Assembly (NCBI GenBank): GCA_951406725.2
Contig: OX597830.1
Span: 36,456,001-36,520,000, forward strand
Length of the DNA: 64,000 nucleotides
Reading direction: 5' to 3'
Source of the DNA: Octopus vulgaris
Lineage: Eukaryota
Shown piece by piece: positions 53,201 to 64,000 of the stretch; position 1 is the stretch's first letter, and each line of letters begins with the position of its first letter. A program made the position numbers and the translations under genes. Under the pieces are notes generated by a model. That model did no database searches, was not told the origin of the DNA, and saw nothing but the letters and a program-made list of their open reading frames with translations.

Positions 53201-56200
53201 TTAACACATCATTCACCCAAGTCTTGGAAGGCCTGGGAAGCCACCTCCTCAAAAATTTTTTTTTAAATGCCATCTTTAAAAAAAAGGGAGTAGATTATAT
53301 AAAAGTTGTCCTCAATATCAAAAAAGGATCAAAGGTCCCTCTTAAGCCAAAGGCTCATAAGGCAGGTTTCCCTGACTGCAACGTACATATTCCACCACGG
53401 GACAGGTTGCTAATCCATCGCAACTTTTGCCAGCTGAGTGGAATGGAGCAATGTGAAATGAAGTGTTTTGCTCAAGAACACAATGCCATCACCCAGTTTA
53501 GGAATTGAAACCACAATCTTATGATCACCAGTGCAACTCCACAATCTTGAATATATTAAAGCGGAATGGTATAGACTGGAATACCTTTGACCATCAGTTC
53601 ATCTACTGGCTCATGGTTTACACAGGGCTAAACAACAACATCATCATCACAAACCTCTATTTTCCATTTTCTCTTCCACTAACATCAGCATAGTCAAAGA
53701 CTCCCAATCTCTTTCTCCAACTTGTCAGCAGATGTTCTTCCAACATAAGAAAAGGGCATCATGGAAAATGTGCCTATTCATCATTTGATAATAGATGTAT
53801 TATAGATGTTGTGTGTGTGTGTAAGCTCATGTATGCAGATTATCCATCTCTAGTCAACAAATTCCCTCCCAATGTCAAGTTGTACTATGCTTTCTGTATG
53901 AATCTTTTACTACAACCAACAGATGTTAAGTGGTGGTCTTAAACCATCACCCAGTTTAACACCAACACAACAAGCCCATGGATGCCTTTAGCAATGTCCA
54001 GTCCGTTGCAAGCATTGAAAGGTGTCTCTTCTGAGGATAACTTCTTACAACTAGATGGAGATCCAGAAAGGGATCATTGCCTTACCCTTTCAACTCTAAG
54101 CCACAAAAAAAAAGTACAGAATATAATCCTCTGGGAGTATATAATGTGAACCCCCATTTTCCCCTACAATATTTCCTGTGTTATGCAATGAGGCTCTCAA
54201 ACAACAGTCAAGCACAACTGTGGTCATTTCAGAATTCCTCCCAACATCTCTTGATCTTAGAAAAAGAATATCCAGCCATCAGCAAGTACACAAATGATCG
54301 GTACACAGTATTGGTCAGTGTCACATTCTCTTAGCAAACAAAGAAGGATGTATGAGGGCAAGTCTACCATTACTCACAGAATTTCCTCATTTTCACCTGA
54401 CAATCTAACATCTGTCTCTCATTAATCATAATGCTTCTCTTGTTCTCTCAGAGTCAAAGAAATATTTCAGCTCTAAGCAGCTAATCATCTTCTACAAGAC
54501 CCAAATAAACATTACTACCAATAGGTTACCTCTTCATGCATCAACTGTCTCTAGATCTCTTAGACCACAATCAAATCTATATTAGTTTGACTAATAAACC
54601 ATCTGTGACATGCAATGCAGGCATGTCTGCGAGTTCAAAAAATAGATTTCACAACCATGTGGTTTTAGGTTCATTCCCGCCATACAGCACATTGAACAAG
54701 GTTTTTTTTTTTACAATAATCGCAGATTGATTAGTACTTTGTGAGTGGAATTTGGTAGATAAAAACCGTTCTTCCAACATGGCTATGGTGCTTTAGCAAA
54801 GTGACTATTTACTAAGTTCTGTCAAAGAAATATTTCTTATCTGATGAAGTTCGGTTAATGCACAGTGTGTTGAAATACAATGGTCATGATATAAGAATGT
54901 GGAAAAATACAATACTTTGCTTTTAACATTGAGCTTCTTTTTTGGTCATAAACCACTACCATCATTAGATAGGAACTCTCCTCAATGTGTGTGTGTGTGT
55001 GTGTGAAACAAGACTAGTGGTTACGAAAAAACTGGGTTTGTGTCAAAATGGTAATTCTAATCAATCAGTAAAATGAAATATAAAATGATATAATCAGCAC
55101 CAATCTGAAGTAAGTATTGGGGCCAGTATTATTGATTGAAAACCCCTGAAGTCCCAGTGCAAATGTAGTCCAACAACTGATACCAGTTTATAAGTCAGAG
55201 TAAATCATACAATTATCTACCCCATTATTACAGCGAGCCTTTTCTTCCGTCAACTACCTCTACTAAAGCAGGTACAAGAAGCTAAATGGTCAAATAGATA
55301 TGTTAGTTGACAATCAGTACTTATACATTGAGTTAAATTTTACTGTAGGTATTCAGTACAATATCTGAACTGTACACAAACAAATTCTACATTGCCAAGT
55401 TCACATAACTGTTTGATATACATTTAGAGATCATCAAGGAATGTTACAACAGACTGGAAGCCTCTTGAGGTTTAAGAGATATTTACATTTTGGACCTGAC
55501 TTGCCTCAAGTTCAGGTGGCAATACAACAGTCATTTAAATCGAGGTTTTACGAGCCTTTCTCTCTCTCACCATCCATACTATGTTTCACTCTGTCTCTCT
55601 CACACAAACTTCTTGCCCAACATTATATATACAGCAACAGGCAGCAGCTTATCCTGAAGTATGCCATTCATCCAAATGTGACGACTTTATGTGAGTGACA
55701 ATAATGTCTAGCTGCAAAAAGCTCCCATCTTTGTACAGTTCCTGACCTTGAACAACCAAACACCTTTACAGTACCCTAGAGCACTAGTGTAACATGTATC
55801 ATAAGAAAACTACTATAGCTACACTCAGCCCAAGACCAACACAAAAATTAATTACATATACACACAGAAAAAAAACACAGCAGCAACATCAATAGACCTA
55901 AACACAATGCTGTAGACACAGTACCAGAGATCAAAGAAATGGAGCAGAAATTGTCATGCTTCAATGGTTACTACTAGAACTTATAAACATATTACTGGGC
56001 AAAGGAAAAAAAAACAACCCCAAAACAAACAAAATCAAAATGCCAAAACTGCCATACTGTATATTCAGCTAGTTATATAGTATGGTCCTTTGCTAAGTAC
56101 TGGCATAGAATACCTCAAGCAATAGATCGATGGATCACAGTTAGTTCTTTAATCTACTGTAATCTGGACACATAGTACCATATCAGCTATTTCTCTAGTT

Positions 56201-56925
56201 AGAGAGGGACAACCAAAACAACAAACACCACCAACCCTACCAACGCCAGCACTAGCACTCACAACTATCATCACCGTAGAGTGTGTATGAACTTTCTCAT
56301 CAAAACCCAACCACTTTCTTTCAAATGATAAATATATAAAAATGCAAATGTTCACAGTGGATCGATGGGACATTCGAAATCCTAACACCTTACCAAATAA
56401 ATCAATGGTGGCAGTGACAATGGCATGGTGATGGTGGTGTTGGTGGCGTTGGAAATGGTTGTGATGGCAGTGGTGGTAGAGTGGATAATAAATGTAACAG
56501 CCATTAGCACTTATGATGGTAGATGTGGAGAATGTGAACAACAAGGAAGAACTAAAGAGGACTCTTGGCACCAAGTGAATTTCGTTTCTTTATTTCCACT
56601 GACTGTGACAGACACATAGGGAACCAGACCCATCCGCCGCCCTGGCTGAAATCAGGACCTTTGCAAGTCTACGCTTCATCTTTACCACCTGACTCGTGTC
56701 GAACTGTCTTTAAGCTGAGCTCAAAGCAGCAATATGTTTTTTGGCAGGGAAGCCATGCTCACTGGGAGAGACTGAACACTTATAGGGTGATTATCTGATT
56801 GGGTTCGTGGGAGAAGAAAAACAGAAGAGGAATGAATGGGTGGATGGATGAGGAGGAAGGGAAAGAAAGCAATGCAAAAAAAGGAAAAAAAACTACAAGT
56901 GGCAGACAGAGATCATTTCTTTCAG

Positions 56926-56957
<32 letters not shown>

Positions 56958-57453
56958 CAAGAAAAACTATTATTCACAAACTGAGAACAAAAATAGTTTT
57001 AGTCATAATAAGAAAATGCACATACATTCACATTTGTGTAAGTATGTGTAAGTATGTGTGTGTGTGTGTGTGTGTGTTTGTATACACACATACATTGCAT
57101 ATGCTGTTCAGTTTTGACAAGAATTAACTATTATACACAAAAAAAATCACAATAATGCAAAAACGATGGGCCACGTGTGATGGAGGGAGGAAGGAAGGAA
57201 GTAGGGTAGATGTGTATGTGTGCATATACACACACACACACACACACAGACTTGTGAAAGGACGTGGAGGAACTGTCCCCCACCATTTAGCTTTGGAACA
57301 CTTTCTGCTGGATTTCTACACATACACACACCGACTTGCACTAACATACATACATACATACATACATACAAACACAAAGCATAGCCACATACTCTCAATG
57401 AGAATTCCATATTTGAAATTCAGTTATAAATACACTTACACACATGTACACAA

Positions 57454-57484
<31 letters not shown>

Positions 57485-58119
57485 GTGCGTCTGTGTGTGC
57501 CATGCAAAAAAAAAATTGCATAAAAATTATCAAAATCAAATTATAATGTCAAAACACACACAAAAAAAGTTTTTGATTCCAAATAAAGAAGAAAAAAAAA
57601 CAACTACAAATGTTAAAAAAAGAAACAAAAATACCTCAGCTTTGTGTCTCAATGTAAGACATGTCTTAATATAAGACATGTCTTAGTATAAGACATGTCA
57701 TAAAACATAAGACAACAAATGAGAGGAATGTGGTTATGACAACAGCAAAAAAAAAAATATTATTATTGAGACACCATTTTTGTTTGCTTTTTGTTTTTTT
57801 TCTGTCAACAACAAAACAACTGTATGTGAAATACATGTGTGTATATGTATGGGGTATCCATTTTTCTATCCACTAGTCTGTTTGTGTGTGTGTATTATAA
57901 TATATATATATATATAATTGGAAGGAGTTATAGAGTGATTCAAGGGCCAAGAGTTTTGTACACTGGCACAGTTATCAATTAGTGCCAATGCTCAAGGTTC
58001 TCAGTCTTAACTGACAGAATCCTGTAACTTATGCCAAATAAATATAATAAACATAATTATTATTCAAAATGATGTGTAGAGTTCTATTTTCCTGTTTGTA
58101 TCATCAAGCCCATACATAC

Positions 58120-58177
<58 letters not shown>

Positions 58178-59944
58178 CAAAGTGCACAGTAACATATATC
58201 CATTACAGCCATCTTACCAATCAGTCTTGCACTAGGGGTTCAACAGTGTTAGGTAGGTAACAGCCTGATTATGCAACTCTGTACTCTTCAGAGATTGCAG
58301 TTATGGAATCCCTATATATATATAGGGAATCCATAACTGCTATCTGATTTCAAATCTCAGTGTTTGAATGTTTTGTGTGTGTATATGTTTGTATATTTCA
58401 AACTTTTTGCAAAAAATATTTGACATAGTCACAATGTTCGAAGGAGAATTTTCTTAAATGTTATTAACTATCTTTAAAAAAAAAATCAAATAATCCTAGA
58501 AAAAACTGAATAACATGAAACTTTCGAAATGAGGTTTGTGCACTGAGTTCAAGCACTTTTGTTACCCCCAAGCACAGACGTCTGAAAAGCTGAACAATGA
58601 CAGCGCTTACACACAACACAAAACCTATGTTCCAAAAGGTTCATGCCAGTCTGTTTTTCCAAATATTTTTTTTTTAAATATTTAATAACGTTTAAGAAAT
58701 TCTTTTTTTCATATATGTGCAAATATATATATCAGTCAGGTTACTCACTAATATTTATTTTGGAAACCACAGAAAACAAAGTTAGTGGTGGTGGTGATGG
58801 TGTTGGTGGTGTTACTATGGTAGCAGAAATATTTCTTCGTTGATGAGATGACGCTTTGTTTTGTATTTTTTTTTTGTTTGTCGTTTTTCTTTTTCTTCTT
58901 TAGTGATAAGGATGGTGACGACGATGATGATGGTGGTGGTAGCGGTGAGATAATAATAATTATAATAATTACAGGTGGGAGACAGTGTCAAATTGGAGGG
59001 CAAAAAATAGTAGTGATCAATGCATCTGAATGAAGGGCAGGAGTTAGAAACAGTGAAGAATTTGGTAGTGGTGGTGGTGGTGGTGGAGGTGGGGGTGGCA
59101 GTGGTAGTGGTAATAGTTGCCATGGCAATATACATATTAACAACGAAAAAAAAAAATGAAATTGTTTGAAGAGAGCGATGGATGTTAAATGATTGTATAT
59201 GAAGATGAGGGTGAATAGAGTAGAAAATAAAGGTGGTGGTGATGATGATGATGATATACAATGTGTATGTGTGTGACAAAAGATAGAGTGAAGAAACTGT
59301 GTCAGTGGTAGTGGTGGTGGAGGCGGTGAAAGTGATGGCAGTTGTGAAAGTGGTGGTGGTGACGGTGTTTTGTGGGTCATGATAGAAACACATATAAAAA
59401 TGAGATTCTATTTTTTTTCTTTTTTGTTTGCGATGATGGTTAAGTAGAGAAAGGAAGGTGTTAAAGAATAATAATATTAATAATAATAATAATGATATTA
59501 ATTATACTTATCATAATAATAATGATAATAATGATAATGATAACAACAACAGGGAGGAATAATTTCACAAAAACATTGCAATGTAATATGTTCTGTGAGA
59601 TTCTTGGAAAAAAAAAAAGGAAAAATGTTTCACAGCACCAGGAGAAAGTTTTTGTTCATTTTTCTTTTTTTTTTAGCTTTTTTGGCATTTTTTGTTTGGT
59701 TGTTTCATTTTTTTGTTTTCATGTGTTGGTGGGATGGGTAGGGCTTTATAATATTTTTTAATTAATTTTTTTTCTTTTTTGTATATAATATGGGTGTTGG
59801 GGGTGGGAGAGAGTGAGATTTTTTTTTGTTTTTGTTGTTGAATTCAAATATTCAACAAGCACAAAAAAAAAATATTGTGTTTCTTACTTTTTTTTTTTAT
59901 GTTTTGGTTTTTTTTTTTTTTGGTTTTTTGCAAGTTTTCATGTT

Positions 59945-60470
59945 TCACTTCTCATACGCTGCAGTAGTGACGAGCGCAGCCTGTTGGCCAATCAACTGAA
60001 CATGACCAACAGACGGAGCAGAATTAGCTGACGGAACTGACATTGAAGGAATGCCGGACGGCAGCTGTGCCATCAGCTGAGATTGTGTTAGCATTGTCTG
60101 CGAAAGGGCAGCAGCTAATGATGGGCTAACTGATGTGAGATTTGTTGGCGTAATCGAAGGCGTACTGACGGCAGCCGTCGAAGTTGTGCAAGTCAGTTGC
60201 GCAGCAGAGGGCTTGGCTGGCGACACCGTCAAATGTGTTGGTCGCACCGGTGGCTGCTGCTGCTGTTGTTGTTGTTGCTGTGGTTGTTGTTGTTGTGGTG
60301 GTTGTTGTTGTGTTGGCAGTTGTAAGGACTGCACTTGTTGTTGTGGTGTGCAGTTCTGTTGTGATAAAGAGAGAATGTCAAACGCAGGATGGTGGTTAAT
60401 GTTGTGACTGCGTAATCCTTGAGGAGTTTTGTAGCTTTTTCCACAGTGACACCGGTAACCTTTCCTCACT
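59945..60470 (-). CDS. JAZF1: JAZF1 orthologue, last coding exon (third C2H2 finger plus polyQ/S-T-rich extension)
   Basis: ttttcag|(R)VRKGYRCHCGKSYKTPQGLRSHNINHHP..., matching the JAZF1 motif RVRKPFKCRCGKSYKTAQGLRHH; TGA at 59947-59945. Confidence 0.92.
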
Positions 60471-60625
60471 CTGAAAATGCCAAAGAAATATATCAATAAA
60501 CATGCTTTTCATTTATATTGGATACAGCTAATATACATAGATAGGTAGAAAGATAAAGATAGGTAGAGAGATAAAGATAGATAAAAAGAGATTAAGATAG
60601 TTAGATAAATAGACAGGTAGAGACA

Positions 60626-60660
<35 letters not shown>

Positions 60661-62557
60661 CCTCAGAGCGTTGGGCCTCACTGAGGCAATGGCGAAGGAC
60701 CGAGATCTCTGGAGATATGCTGTGACTGCAAAGACCCGGGCTGCTTCCTGCATCAGTTCCGCATAGCCCCTGCCCATTCAAAGTATCCCAGATCGTCCCG
60801 CTGTGCTTGAGGAGACCTGTTGAGTCAAGTACATGAACACTCCGAACACCCCTCCCCACTGGTGCTCCCCTATATTTCTGCACCCCCCCACCACATAAAA
60901 AGCACCATCCGAACGTGGCCGATGCCAGCACCGCCCCGACTGGCTTCTGTGCAGGTGGCACATAAAAAGCACCCACTACACTCGCAGAGTGGTTGGCGTT
61001 AGGAAGGGCATCCAGCTGTAGAAACACTGCCAGACCAGACTGGAGCCTGGGGCAGCCCCTGGCTCCCCAGACCCCGGTCGAAACCGTCCAACCCATGCTA
61101 GCGCGGAAAACGGACGTTAAACGATGATGATGATGATGATATCCATTCACACATACATATTCATACACAAATGTGCATGCATATACATCCATCCATCCAT
61201 AACATAAATATACATACATATACATACACAGATATACATACATATACATCCATAAATATAAATTCGTATTCAAACATACATACATATATGTACACACACA
61301 CACATGCACAGATTGATCTCAACTGGTTTCAATAATTAGCATTCAGTTGTTCATTATGGTTGAAAAATTCCACAGACACATGTAACTTTAACATAATTCT
61401 CAGGCTGAATGAGTAGAATAGTGGGTGACAAGGTCAGATCTTTGAAATACGATCTATCCAACAGGCTTCTGCACAATATCCATCAACTTATTTTTCACTC
61501 ACAAAGGTTGGGTCGATCCAACATCATGACAAAAAGACACTTGTCCGAAATATCATGTCGTGGCATCAGAGCGAACCCCTTAACCATTTGATTATGCTGC
61601 AAATACACACACACATACACACAACTTAACTAACTGGCCCCCATCAGTTATGACAATAAGGGGGGTTCCAGTTGATCTAATCAACACAACAACCTGCCCA
61701 TGAAATTAACGTGCAAGTGGCTGAGTACTCCACAGACATGCATGCTCTTAATGTAGTTCTCAGAGAGATTCAGTGTGACACAGGATGTGAGAAGGCTGGC
61801 CCCCTTGAAATACAGGTACAACTCAGTTTTGCCAGCTGAATAAACTGGAGCAATGTAAAATAAGGCCTCTTGCTCAAGGAATTGAACCCACAATCTTACA
61901 ACCATGAGTCGAATACCGTAACCACTAAGCCACATACATACATACAGACAGACATACAGATAGACATACAGAGACATACATACATATAGACTTACATACA
62001 AGACATGCCAGTGTCACATAACTGGTACCTGTGCCAGTGGCACATTAAAAGCACCCTTCAAACTTTAGGCCTCACATAACTAACACCCATTACGATCTTG
62101 GAAGGGTTGGAGTTAGGAAGGGCATCCAGCCTGGAACTGGTTAAGCTGGAGAGCTGCACCAGGTTCCAGTCTGGTTTGGTATGGTTTTCTACAGCTGGAT
62201 GTCCTTCCTAACACCAAGCACTCCGAGAGTGTAATGGGTGCATTTTACATGCCACCAGCATGGGTGCCATTTACACGACACCAGCAACAGCCAAAATTAC
62301 AATTTCACGGGTGCAATGGCCATGACTATGGTTTCACTTGGCTTGATGAAGCTTCTTCAAGCACAGAATATCGCCAAAGGTCTCAGTCACTTGTTGTCGC
62401 TTCCATGAGGCCATACATTTTTTTTTTATGAAACATATCTATATTTTAACTTTATACACAGTGAGTGAAATAAGGAAACAAAAAAAAAAAAGGCAAAAAA
62501 AAATCAAGCCATGAGCAAAATCTGCTGTAAGGAATAAAAAGCGAGTTTGTTCCATAC

Positions 62558-62686
62558 CGTGCATCCTTGCGGTGACCATGTCGCGCATGGTACTTGATTC
62601 CATTGATATTCTTATACCGTTTTTTACAACCAGGTACAGGACATCCAAATGGTTTATCTCCATCCACTTCTTTCATGTTCTTCATG
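62558..62686 (-). CDS. JAZF1: JAZF1 orthologue, penultimate exon (second C2H2 finger)
   Basis: cacag|(S)MKNMKEVDGDKPFGCPVPGCKKRYKNINGIKYHARHGHRKDA(R)|gtatgg; 129 nt. Confidence 0.95.
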
Positions 62687-62768
62687 CTGTGAAGGAAAAA
62701 AAAAAAAAGATCAACCAGTAAAATACACTGGTTAGGATTTAAACAACCTGTATTGCCTCGTTATTGGT

Positions 62769-63391
62769 TTAACCCTTTAGCATTCAAACTGACCATATCT
62801 GGACCAAGTATTCGGATCTTTTCCGTTTGAACAGCAGATCAAGAAATTAATTTTTTGTAACTAAACACTTTCAAACTTCGGATACTTATGGTGGTGCCAT
62901 AAAGTAAACAAGCTTCAGATACACTCGTTTATTTATACAAACGTAACTGAGATGAAATATGTCATAAATATCAGTGACAAACGAAATATACACCGCCAAT
63001 AATTGTTGTTGACAATCAACAGCAGTAATTTTATTCAGCTGAATACATGTCATTGATTGGTTGAAATTACCGAAATACGACAACTTTAACACAAAATGAC
63101 ATCGTAAATATAAACTTTTCTCAAAAACGCTAAGAGTAAAAGATGTTTTATATGACACATTCTACCAGTGCCTGAAGTTTGAAAGTGTTTAGTTAGAAAA
63201 AATTATTTTCTAAATCTACCGGTCAAGAAGTAAAGATCCAAACATTCTACTTGCTTTATGTTGAGACTGACCAGTAAACAAACACATAATCAAAATCTAA
63301 AAAGCTACAAGACAGTGTATGATGAACTTCAAAACAATGTGAATAAATTAGCATTATAATTAACAAACTAATCTGAATGCTAAAGAGTTAA
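62769..63391. mobile_element. piggyBac-like non-autonomous element carrying a nested TIR element (62814-63239)
   Basis: TTAA-CCCTTTAGCATTCA...TGAATGCTAAAGAG-TTAA. The inner element has ~65-bp imperfect TIRs beginning GGATCTTT. Confidence 0.7.
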
Positions 63392-63943
63392 AGTCCATTC
63401 CCCTTGGGTTGGTTTGACAAGAGTTGGCAAGTCAAAAGACTGCACAAGGCTCTGCCTGCTTTGGCATGGTTTCTATGACTGGATACCTTTCTTAACACCA
63501 ACCACTTTACAGAGTGCTTGTTACAGTATATTTATTGGCGACAGAGGCGGTATTAATACCGAGAATATTTATCTCCACTTAAACTTGGATGTTCTGTTAG
63601 AACAGACTATACTGCAGCACATACCACGAGAGATACCCTCCTATTAGGTTTTGGTGCAAAATGCATTCTTGTTTACATCATTAGTGGGGAGATAAATCAC
63701 CACCACCTCCAGCACCAAGACCACTAGATCACGTGATTTTGAGCTTTCTTGTCCCTGTCAGGTCAGATCCAGCCTCCCACACTTACCCTACAATGTCAGT
63801 CTAAAAATAGACAATTACATCCTCAAAAATCTCAAAGCTATGAGATAAAGCGTGACTAATTGGAAACAATGTGACTAAATAGGCATTACATTTGACAGGA
63901 TAATTATAATGCTATTGGGTTAAAGAACAGAATTTTAACTAAC

Positions 63944-64000
63944 CTTAAAATTAGATCAGACGAGAACTCTTCTTGATTGGTCCAAGAATCATCACTGTCT
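63944..64000 (-). CDS. JAZF1: JAZF1 orthologue, partial upstream exon (continues beyond the window)
   Basis: DSDDSWTNQEEFSSDLIL(S)|gttagt, matching JAZF1 DSDESWTTESAISSEAILS; phase joins the next exon. Confidence 0.9.

Noticed and set aside
54835-54900. CTGATGA...GAAA...GTC hammerhead candidate
   Set aside because: Stems II and III do not close adjacent to the core boxes.
58815-59393. 192-aa Thr-rich and Pro-rich ORFs
   Set aside because: Degenerate (GGT)n/(GAT)n repeats downstream of the JAZF1 stop.
60509-61309. 266-aa ORF inside a JAZF1 intron
   Set aside because: Runs through microsatellites and a SINE-like repeat; not part of the spliced JAZF1 frame.

Overview
AT-rich, repeat-dense animal genomic DNA. 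The SINE families and microsatellite content look like octopus/cephalopod, which is an inference. Two protein-coding genes converge across the window. A complete 6-exon PSMD7/Rpn8 gene lies on + (26448-36413, 329 aa). The last three exons of a JAZF1 orthologue lie on - (64000 to 59945) and add a long polyQ/S-T-rich C-terminal extension. The rest is mobile-element debris: four SINE families, an R4/Dong-like RLE LINE, RTE and CR1-like LINE fragments, a Gypsy LTR+PBS+gag stub, a hAT transposase remnant and several MITEs. The most interesting unexplained structure is in the first 16 kb. First, there is a set of short Penelope-type fold-back modules in or near (TA)n tracts that carry minimal type I hammerhead-ribozyme motifs, with U3-A8, G3-C8 and C3-G8 core variants. 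Second, concentric inverted duplications (1-1865 vs 12012-15756; 7701-8118 vs 10618-10878) enclose a 1.5 kb higher-order CCAA satellite. PSMD7 introns 1 and 3 also carry two copies of a ~128 nt hairpin-H-hairpin-ACA sequence, a candidate H/ACA snoRNA. All coordinates, alignments and folds were done by eye; no database searches were run.
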